DNA from: Diplonema japonicum
Taxonomy: Eukaryota; Protista; Euglenozoa: Diplonemea
Assembly: GCA_964019335.1 (NCBI GenBank)
Contig: OZ025700.1
Coordinates: 1 to 64,000, forward strand
Direction of reading: 5' to 3'
Length of the DNA: 64,000 bases
Shown here piece after piece: positions 1-7,667 of this stretch (its first letter is position 1; every line of letters begins with the position of its first letter). The translations under genes were made by a program, and so were the position numbers. The notes under the pieces were generated by a model, which saw only the letters and a program-made list of their open reading frames with translations, did no database searches and was not told the DNA's origin.

Positions 1-474
1 GGGTTTGCGGGTTTGCGGGTTTGCGGGTTTGCGGGTTTGCGGGTTTGCGGGTTTGCGGGTTTGCGGGTTTGCGGGTTTGCGGGTTTGCGGGTTTGCGGGT
101 TTGCGGGTTTGCGGGTTTGCGGGTTTGCGGGTTTGCGGGTTTGCGGGTTTGCGGGTTTGCGGGTTTGCGGGTTTGCGGGTTTGCGGGTTTGCGGGTTTGC
201 GGGTTTGCGGGTTTGCGGGTTTGCGGGTTTGCGGGTTTGCGGGTTTGCGGGTTTGCGGGTTTGCGGGTTTGCGGGTTTGCGGGTTTGCGGGTTTGCGGGT
301 TTGCGGGTTTGGGTTTGCGGGTTTGCGGGTTTGCGGGTTTGCGGGTTTGCGGGTTTGCGGGTTTGCGGGTTTGCGGGTTTGCGGGTTTGCGGGTTTGCGG
401 GTTTGCGGGTTTGCGGGTTTGGGTTTGCGGGTTTGCGGGTATGCGGGGTTTGCGGGTTTGCGGGTTTGCGGGTT
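1..474 (+). repeat. Tandem octamer array (GGGTTTGC)n, about 59 units; telomere-like satellite
   Basis: Perfect repeats run from base 1. Variants (GGGTTT near 305 and 415, GGGTATGC near 437) occur only toward the junction with unique sequence. Confidence 0.97.
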
Positions 475-795
475 CCCTCCTTCTGGGAGGAAACAGAGGG
501 GGGGGAATCCACTTGGGGGGGGTTTGCAAGGGGGGGATTTACAAGAGGGGGGACAGATAAACCATAAATAGAAGAAGCAGAGGAAGGGGCGCTACCCTCT
601 CTCGGGAGTGCACCCTTCCCTTTTTTTTTCTTATCCTCCTCCTGGGAGGGAACAAAGGGGGGGGGATCTACAAGGGGGGGGTTTACAAGGGGGAAATTAC
701 AAGAGGGGGGACAGATAAACAAGAGAAAGAAGAACAAGAAGAAGCGGAGGAAGGGGGGGAAGGGGCGCCTCCCTCTCTCGGGGACACCTCCTTCG
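475..795. repeat. Two imperfect ~165-bp direct repeats at the 3' end of unit A
   Basis: The pattern CCTC..TCTGGGAGG...TTACAAGAGGGGGGACAGATAAAC...GAAGC.GAGGAAGGGG...CCCTCTCTCGGG occurs at about 475-610 and 636-785. Confidence 0.75.
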
Positions 796-1327
796 CACTC
801 TCTTTCCTTCTCCCCACAAACACAGTATTTTTTTTTTCTATTTCCTCCACAGAGGACACAGAGGGGGAGGGGAGGGGCACGGGGCAGCCAACCGTACGCA
901 GGGTGATCGACACCCTGGAGCCCGAAGAACACCCTTCGGGGATGTGGTGGGTCCATTCGTAGCGGGCCTCACCCTCCAGAATGGCCCAGGTGAAGGGAGG
1001 CACCAGGTACTTCGATACCCTGGACCCCTTCTTCAGGACCATCGTGGTCTCTGCGCCGTACGAGAGGATGAGGACCACTGGTCCCAACCTCACGTCGTCG
1101 GTGTGGTGGGCGATTCCACACCCAGGCTCGTATCGATTTACGAGCACCTGGTCTGGGGTGATCCCCAGCCCCGCTGCAGTGGCCACCTCCGCCACCCAAC
1201 CCCTGGCCCCCTCTGGGATCGGGGTGGTGCGGCGCACTTTGGCACGGGCACCCACCCACCTGAAACCAAATTGGAGGGTTTCCCTCCCTTTGTTCCCCGA
1301 AATGGACTCCCACCCCCCCGAGAGCAA
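683..1327 (-). CDS. AlkB-family 2OG-Fe(II) dioxygenase, copy A; likely joined to the upstream MDPRR ORF (ATG 1515) across an A-run indel
   Basis: Motifs: LVNRY (NxY), HTD (HxD), WTHHIP (distal His), RVSITLR (RxxxxxR). The domain spans about 890-1330 and is intronless. Confidence 0.85.
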   Translation of the reverse strand: MLSGGWESISGNKGRETLQFGFRWVGARAKVRRTTPIPEGARGWVAEVATAAGLGITPDQVLVNRYEPGCGIAHHTDDVRLGPVVLILSYGAETTMVLKKGSRVSKYLVPPFTWAILEGEARYEWTHHIPEGCSSGSRVSITLRTVGCPVPLPSPSVSSVEEIEKKNTVFVGRRKESAKEVSPREGGAPSPPSSASSCSSFSCLSVPPLVISPL

Positions 1328-1656
1328 GGTCTCTTTTCTATTTTTTTATGTTTTTTATTATTTTTGACGACATCTAGAGGGGATCTAAGGGGAGGGGAGG
1401 GGTCATACTGCCCGGCCAGATTTCGGTCTGGTCGGGTGGTCGGCTTGGTCGGCGTCTCTCGTAGGCGTTCCTCCTGCGGGCGGCGGTCTCCGACGACGTT
1501 TCGTCTAGGGTCCATTTTTATTTTTTTTTTTTTTGTGTTGAGGGGGGAGGGGATCCTTTGCTAAACGGCAGGCGGGCCGGGCCGAAACAACCCCCCCAGA
1601 CGACGACGAACGGACACCGAGCGGACGCAGCAGGCACCAACAAAAACACAGACGAC

Positions 1657-1695
1657 CAATAAAGTACAGAAACTGTAGCTTTAGAATCGTTGGTT
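1657..1695 (-). ncRNA. Spliced-leader (mini-exon) sequence, 39 nt, genomic copy A
   Basis: The minus strand reads AACCAACGATTCTAAAGCTACAGTTTCTGTACTTTATTG: 39 nt with the euglenozoan core CAGTTTCTGTACT.TATTG and a diplonemid-type AACC start. It is followed by GTCGTC, not by a recognisable SL RNA intron. Confidence 0.93.
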
Positions 1696-1699
1696 TTTT

Positions 1700-1762
1700 A
1701 AAAAGGGGGACTTGAGAAAATAAATAAAAAGGGGGACTTGAGAAAATAAATAAAAAGGGGGA
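1700..1762. repeat. 26-bp tandem repeat AAAAAGGGGGACTTGAGAAAATAAAT (about 2.4 copies); core recurs at about 3447-3465
   Basis: Directly visible in the sequence. Confidence 0.8.
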
Positions 1763-1914
1763 CGGAGAGAGGGGAAACTGGTGGTTGCTCGGTTCTCCAC
1801 TTACCTCAGCCCGTCCCTCGAGCAGGAGTGGCCCCATAGGCTCATCCCCCTCTGATGCCTGTGGCGGGGTTAGGCCCCCCTCAACCTCCGTCTGGACCGT
1901 CCCCTGCGAGATTT

Positions 1915-2485
1915 TTTTGGGAAAAAGGTGAAAAGAAGTTCAAGAAAGTTGGGGGGGAGGGAGGGCTCAGAACTTGAGAGGAAGAGATGGAGGGGGGAAA
2001 AAGAAAAAAGAGAATTAAAAGAAAGAAATAAAAAATTTTTTTGAAAACCTAGAACCCAAACAATCTTTTTCATTTTCTTTCTTTTAAACTTTTAAACTAG
2101 GAAGATTAAAAATTTTCTTTTTTTTTTGAGCAAATAACAATGGGACCCACCCGTGCGAAACTAGGGGGAAGAAACTAAAGGGAGGAGGATATCGGGGTGC
2201 ACGGCGGAGTGAACAAGGGACGGGAAAGGCTTTTTTTATTTACTTTCGTTTCTTTCATGTTCACTGGGAACCACGGAGAGGTAGGGGGGAAAAGTGGTGA
2301 AAAGAAGTTCAAGAAAGTTGGGGGGGAGGGAGGTCAAAACTTGAGAGGAAGAGATGGAGGGGGGGAAAAGAAAAAAGAAAAATAGTTTTTTTTTTTTTTT
2401 TTTTTTAAAACCTAGAACCCATATCAAACAATCTTTTTCATTTTCTTTCTTTTAAACTTTTAAACTAGGAAGATTAAAAATTTTA
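1915..2485. repeat. ~200-bp imperfect direct repeat (about 1915-2115 and 2285-2485)
   Basis: Both copies share GGTGAAAAGAAGTTCAAGAAAGTTGGGGGG...AACCTAGAACCC...TTTAAACTAGGAAGATTAAAAATTTT. Confidence 0.85.
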
Positions 2486-3623
2486 AGATAGAAAGAAAAA
2501 TAAGAAAAAGAAACAACAAAAAAAAAATTTAAAAATAAAACTAAAAATAAAACACAATTTAAAACTAAAATTAAAAATAAAAATAAAAATAAAAATAAGC
2601 TCGATGATTTAAAGGAAGCCGGTTGGGGCACTTTGAATAAAATAAAATTAAAAATAAACTATTCTGTTAACTGAATCGTCCAATACTACCTATAGGCGCT
2701 CTTGCAACGACCACTACAGCCATCGCCAACGTGCCAAAAAATGGGCTAAACTCGCACACTGGTGTGAGCTTCAAGGGAGCTAAACGTTTCAGACATGGCG
2801 TGCCACACCCATAGGCCTCACGACCGGGGAGGGGGACATTTATCTTTCGCCCGTAAGCTAGAGTGCGCATGCATCCCCAGCTCGCTTTGGGAGGTGTTGC
2901 CAACACCTGGGTCGCTTCGCGGTCCGACCTGCTGCCCAATTCAAAGCGCGGTTGCGGTGAATCCAAGCCCCCTAAGCATCGACACGATTAACAAAGGGGT
3001 TTGTTACGCCGGGATATCTTGTTCACCAATGCTCCATACGCCCCCTGTTGCCAGTTCGCCGGATGAGCATACTGCAGGGTCTTCCACTCATCCGTTGCCC
3101 GGTGGGTACCACGAGGAGGTCAGCAACAATTCTATACTTTTGGCCACGTAGGGCCTGTTCTACATTTAGTATAGTCCCACCTGAAAATAAATAAAAATAA
3201 AAGTAAAAATAGAGAGGGAGAAGAGAAGCAGACAATCAATTGCTTTCTTCTCTTTCTTTTTATTCCTTTTTTAGTAATTTAGTAATTTTTTTTTTTTTTC
3301 CCCCTTCCCTAAAGAACGTTTTGACCAAAACATTGCTTAGGGAAAACAAGGAATAAATAAAATAAAAATAAAAATAAAAATAAAATGCATGTATGGGGGA
3401 GCTTTAACGAAAGCATACTAACCCTGTTTCTCTCCCTTTTTTTTTTAAAAAGGGGGACTTGAGAATGTTTTTTTTTTTTTCTTCAAAAGACACACAAGGC
3501 ACGATAAACCTTAAGAGAAAATAAAAATATTCCAAAACAGACAATCAAGTTCCAACCTGGGAGGAAGGCATGGGTTTCTCTTTTTCTTTATGGGAGGGAG
3601 AGGGGAAGAAGAAGAGGCAGAGA

Positions 3624-4045
3624 GGGAGGAGCACTACCTTCTCTCGGGCGTGCTGTCTCTCCCTCTGCCTTTTTTTCCTCCGAAGAGGGTCTGTTTTTCA
3701 CCTCCGTGAGGGTCCCTCTGGAGAGGGCTCTATAAAAGAAAAAGGGGGGGACAAATGGGGGAGGAACACTACCCTCTCTCGGGAGTGCCACCTCTTCCCC
3801 TCTCTCTCTGTTTTCCTCCGAAGAGGGTCTGTTTTTTACCTCCGTGGAGGGTTCCTCTGGAGAGGGCTCTAAAAATGAAAAAGGGGGGGACAAATGGGGG
3901 GAGGAGCACCACCCTCTCTCGGGAGTGCCACCTCTTCCCCTTTCTCTCTATTTTCCTCCGAAGAGGGTCTGTTTTCCTCCGAAGAGGGTTCTAAAAAAAA
4001 AAGGGGGGCGGGTGGGGCACTATCCTCTCTTGGGAGTGCCACCCC
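3624..4045. repeat. 135-140 bp tandem repeat, three copies plus a partial, 3' of AlkB copy B
   Basis: Units start at about 3624, 3759, 3899 and 4011. They share variants of ACCCTCTCTCGGGAGTGC with 594-611. Confidence 0.9.
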
Positions 4046-4750
4046 CCCTTGCCCACAAAAAAGGGGATCTAAAAAAGGGGGTTCGTCTGTTAACCCAGGG
4101 GATGGGTCTTCCTGGGGTGTGCGGGTGAGCTTGGGGCCTACCGCACGCAGGGTGATCGACACCCTGACACCAGTGGACATCCCGGACGGGATGTGGTGCG
4201 TCCACTGGTGTCTCGCTTCACCTTCCAACAGTGCCCATGAGAAGGGGGGCACCAGGTATTTCGCCACCCTGTCCCCCCTCCTCATGACCATTGTGGTCTC
4301 GGCTCCGTACGAGAGGACTAGGACAATCGGTCCCAGCCTCGCGTCGTCCTTGTGGGCGGCAATCCCACAACCAGGTCTGTACTTATTCACAAGTACCTGG
4401 TTGGGGACCACCTTGAGCCCTGCGGCGGCGGCCATCTCCCTCACCCACCCCTTTGCCCCCCCTGGGATGCCGGTGGTGGGGCACACCTTGGCGTCCGTCC
4501 CCTCCCATCGGTGCCCATACTGGAGCGTCTCCCTCCCCGTGTTCCCTGACAGGGCCTCCCACTTCCCGGACAGCAGAGCTTCTGTCTTCAACCCGGGGGG
4601 GTGCTCGCCATCTTTCAGTATCCACCCTTCCCCCTTTTTCTTCTTTTTTTTTTCCTCTTCAACTATGGCAGGGTCGGCTGCGGAGGTCGGGCTTGCGGCA
4701 GGGGCGGCTGCGGCGGTCTCAGTTGCGGCAGGGGCGGCTGCAGCGTTCAA
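3869..4750 (-). CDS. AlkB-family 2OG-Fe(II) dioxygenase, copy B, with Ala-rich linker; likely joined to the MDPRR ORF (ATG 4997) across an A-run indel
   Basis: Motifs: LVNKY, HKD, WTHHIP, RVSITLR. The domain (about 4140-4580) aligns without gaps to copy A. Confidence 0.85.
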   Translation of the reverse strand: MNAAAAPAATETAAAAPAASPTSAADPAIVEEEKKKKKKGEGWILKDGEHPPGLKTEALLSGKWEALSGNTGRETLQYGHRWEGTDAKVCPTTGIPGGAKGWVREMAAAAGLKVVPNQVLVNKYRPGCGIAAHKDDARLGPIVLVLSYGAETTMVMRRGDRVAKYLVPPFSWALLEGEARHQWTHHIPSGMSTGVRVSITLRAVGPKLTRTPQEDPSPGLTDEPPFLDPLFCGQGGVALPREDSAPPAPLFFLEPSSEENRPSSEENREKGEEVALPREGGAPPPICPPLFHF

Positions 4751-5151
4751 GGCAGCAGGGGCGGCTGCGGCGATCGTGGTTGTGTCGGTCTCTATTTGTG
4801 GATTTTTTTATTTTATTACTTTTTTTTTCTAAAGGGGGGTGGGGGGATCTAGGGGCTGGGGGTGGGGATTCATACTGCCCAACCAGATAGTCTGGTTGGG
4901 TCGGCCCTGGCGTCGTGTGCAGCCTGATGGCCTGTCGGGGTTCCTTCTCCCTGCGGTTTGCACGGTCACCTCCTCTTGCGTTCCGTCTTGGATCCATTTT
5001 TTATTTTTTTTTTTTTAAAGTGTGTTGGGGGGAAGGGGATCCTTTCGGTAAGCGGCGGGCAGGCCGACGGGCAAAACAACCCCCCCGGACGACGGCGACG
5101 ACGGACGACGGACGCAGCGGCAAACCCAGGCACCAGCAGAACACGAACGAC

Positions 5152-5189
5152 CAATAAAGTACAGAAACTGTAGCTTTAGAATCGTTGGT
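5152..5189 (-). ncRNA. Spliced-leader sequence, genomic copy B (SL nt 2-39)
   Basis: The minus strand reads ACCAACGATTCTAAAGCTACAGTTTCTGTACTTTATTG, identical to copy A. It is followed by GTCGTT and abuts Ala codons of unit C. Confidence 0.93.
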
Positions 5190-5573
5190 GGCTGCGGCAG
5201 GGGCGGTTGCGGCAGGGGCGGCTGCGGCGATCGGGATGGCAGGGTCGGCTGCCTGGACAGGGTCGGCTGCGGCGTTCAGGGCGGCTGGGGCTGTCGCAGC
5301 CGTCGTGCTTGCGGCTGGGGTGGCCGTGGCTGTAGCAGGGGCGGCTGCTGCTCCCTTGGTTGCGGTCAAAACCACGGTCTCTACTTGTATTTTTTTTAAT
5401 GTAATTTTTTCTAAAGGGGAGTGGGGGGATCTAGGGGGTGGGGATTCATACTGCCCAACCAGATTGCCTGGTTGGGTGGGTCTCGGCGCCGTGTGCTGCG
5501 GGCTGCGGGCTTGCTCCTGCGGGCTGCGGCTGCGGCTGCGGTCACCTCCTCCTGCGAGTCGTCTTGGATCCAT
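5190..5573 (-). mobile_element. Unit C: truncated third MDPRR unit (N-terminus plus Ala-rich linker; no SL, no AlkB)
   Basis: MDPRRLAGGGDR...LVGQYESPPPRSPH.PLEK is homologous to units A and B. The ORF is continuous into the Ala-rich linker and is cut by SL copy B. Confidence 0.7.
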
Positions 5574-5589
5574 TTTTTTTAGAAGGGAA

Positions 5590-6115
5590 CACAAGGACTC
5601 CACGTCGTCCTTCCTCGATTGTTCATACCCCAAGTGTGTACCTATAGTAGCGCACCTGCAATTCTTCCCCCTCACCCCGCACCATGAAGATGAAATCTAG
5701 CGGCCCTTCCCCGCAATGCATGAGAATTCCATCCCTTGGTAAACGTTCTTCTAGAATTCCATCCCCTGCCCCTGAGTTTTCCTATCAGACCCTGCACCTC
5801 CGAAGACAGGCCTTCAGCAGCGGAGAGAGTTCCTCCAGGCCCGTAGTGAGCGTCGCAGCATGTTTCAAATTAATGGAAACCATCCCAATCCAGTCTCGGA
5901 ATACCTTTGTGCGATCTTCACCTCTTGCATTCGGCAGAAGCTCTAGATCAGCAAAGTTGTTATCAAAGATTGCGAAGAAGTCAGAAAGCAGAATCATTCA
6001 AACTGACCAGTGCGCCGCCGGAATGAACTCCTTGTCAATTGTAAACGCTCGAATAAGGACGAGATGTGCCTTCGGGGTGACTGTGCTGGCTGTTGGAGAA
6101 AAGGGCTGTGAGGCG
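5590..6115 (-). pseudogene. Possible decayed coding fragment
   Basis: One frame gives about 175 protein-like codons (..AHLVLIRAFTIDKEFIPAAHWSV*MILLSDFF...RRCRV**ENSG...YYRYTLGV*TIEE..) with four stops. No family recognised. Confidence 0.35.
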
Positions 6116-7667
6116 TGAAACTACGAACACATTTGTTTGGTTTCTTCTGACATGTAATTAGTGAGGAAAGAGAAAAAGAAAAGAAAGAAAAGAAAAAAGA
6201 GACATTTAAAAAGAAGAGGAAGAAAACAAAAGGGATCAAAGGCACAAGGAGGTGAAGAGAAGAAAAAGTTTGCAATAACGGGGAAAAGGTGTTCGACCAA
6301 GAAACCTACCGTCAAGCAAATCAAGAGGAGGGGGGGGGTGAATCAAAAAGGAGTGGTTTGGATTTGGAAGTTTAAAAGATTGATTAGCTTGATGAATCGT
6401 TAAAAGAAATAGTATGTGGCGCACGGGTGTTAATTTTACCTCATACGCCGCCACAACTAGTTCTTTACTTTTTTTTTGAACAATGAAGTTGTTAAAGCAA
6501 AAACAGAGAAAAGAAAATTTAAAAAGCTTTCGCAAAGAAATAATATTCGATATCTCGCAAAAAAGAAAAGGGTGAAAAGTGTGAAAAGTGAGTGCGCTAC
6601 CAATTTCGCTAGACACGTTCCTTAAATGGCATCCTACAAGATAGCCCAATTAAATGGTGGCATCAAGCACACCCTTCATACTGTCTGCAGTACCGCTGAA
6701 GGTAACAAACGTGCGGCAGTCGGTACAGATCTGCCACACCAACGAGTCAAGTCAAACTTATTGTTTAAATGCTCTGAAAAAAATGTGAATGCGGGGTAAA
6801 AAAAGAAAGAGGACGGGGAAAGGGAAATGTGATAACTTCTAGGAAAATGCATACCAAGAAGAAACATGAGCCCAATAAAAAAGAGATTATCTGAGGAAAT
6901 ATAAAATGAAGCCGAAGACGTTCCACTTTTTCTTTTTTTTCCCTCAAGTGCTTCACTCGCTTCACTCAGATAATCATGGGATGAAACGAAGACTCGACAG
7001 CATCCTGCCGCAACCCGAAGAAAAAGTTACCTGTTTTGGATGTACTTCAAATTTCGTGGCGGGAAAACCCGCCGTTCTTTGTTGCCGAGAGGTTGTTCAC
7101 CCGGTTGAAGAAAAAAAAAGATATAACATTAATACATGTTTTCCCTATTTCTGATCCCAATCAGGGTATTTGATACCTCAAAGCAGCGCAGCGTACTAGA
7201 AAATGAACGTTAGCGCTAGGATAAAATAAAAGATTGGTTGCACCGGAGCTTTTGTCTCCAACAGAGGGAAAAAAAAAGGAGGAAAAAGAAAAAAGACATT
7301 TAAAACATCCTGGGGGACGGGGGGAAAGAATAAAAATGTGAGTTACAAAAGGAATTATCTTTGGAGATGCCTTCCTGTTTTCGTCGAGTTCTGCATCTGA
7401 ACCCTTTCTGCAGCGGTTCCCCATATTGTGAGTGATCTTGCCGGCCTTTTTCTCTAACTTGGCAGTTCTATTTCTTCTCTCTTTTGCCCAGTGAGCAAAA
7501 GACAGAACAAAGAGATTCGTTCGTGTCCGCCGTGGTGCACTGCACACACAGGTTCAACAAAAAAACAAAGACAGAGAAAAGGACGTGTGACCAAACAGTT
7601 GCAAGTCAAACGGTTTATAAAAACAGCATGAAAGAAGGGGAAACAGACGAGAAGGGAGAAAAGGAAC

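Larger units (their letters stand above)
475..1695 (-). mobile_element. Unit A: SL exon, GC-rich leader, MDPRR N-terminus, AlkB, 3' repeats (putative non-autonomous retroposed unit)
   Basis: Colinear homology to unit B (about 3620-5189). Starts with an exact SL exon and lacks introns. Confidence 0.6.
3620..5189 (-). mobile_element. Unit B: SL exon, leader, MDPRR, Ala-rich linker, AlkB, 140-bp repeats (3' end may extend to about 1696)
   Basis: Colinear with unit A, with an SL at the 5' end. Confidence 0.6.

Noticed and set aside
5-571. Three plus-strand ORFs of (RVCGFAGL)n
   Set aside because: They are translations of a stop-free 8-bp repeat.
1780-1910. U1 snRNA (ACTTACCT) or HDV/hammerhead ribozyme
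   Set aside because: A stem exists (CCATAGGC/GCCTGTGG), but no U1 loops, Sm site or ribozyme core could be built.
3417-3426. CTAACCCT as a telomerase RNA template
   Set aside because: An 8-mer is expected by chance in 64 kb, and there is no supporting context.
3624-4045. CRISPR-like array
   Set aside because: Whole units repeat with no unique spacers, there are no cas genes, and the context is eukaryotic.
890-4580. TET/JBP (base J) dioxygenase
   Set aside because: Motif spacing (NxY..HxD..H..RxSxTxR) is AlkB-type, not TET/JBP.
1330-4830. Programmed ribosomal frameshift between MDPRR and AlkB
   Set aside because: The required shifts differ (-1 in A, +1 in B), no conserved slippery site was found, and unit C is in frame.
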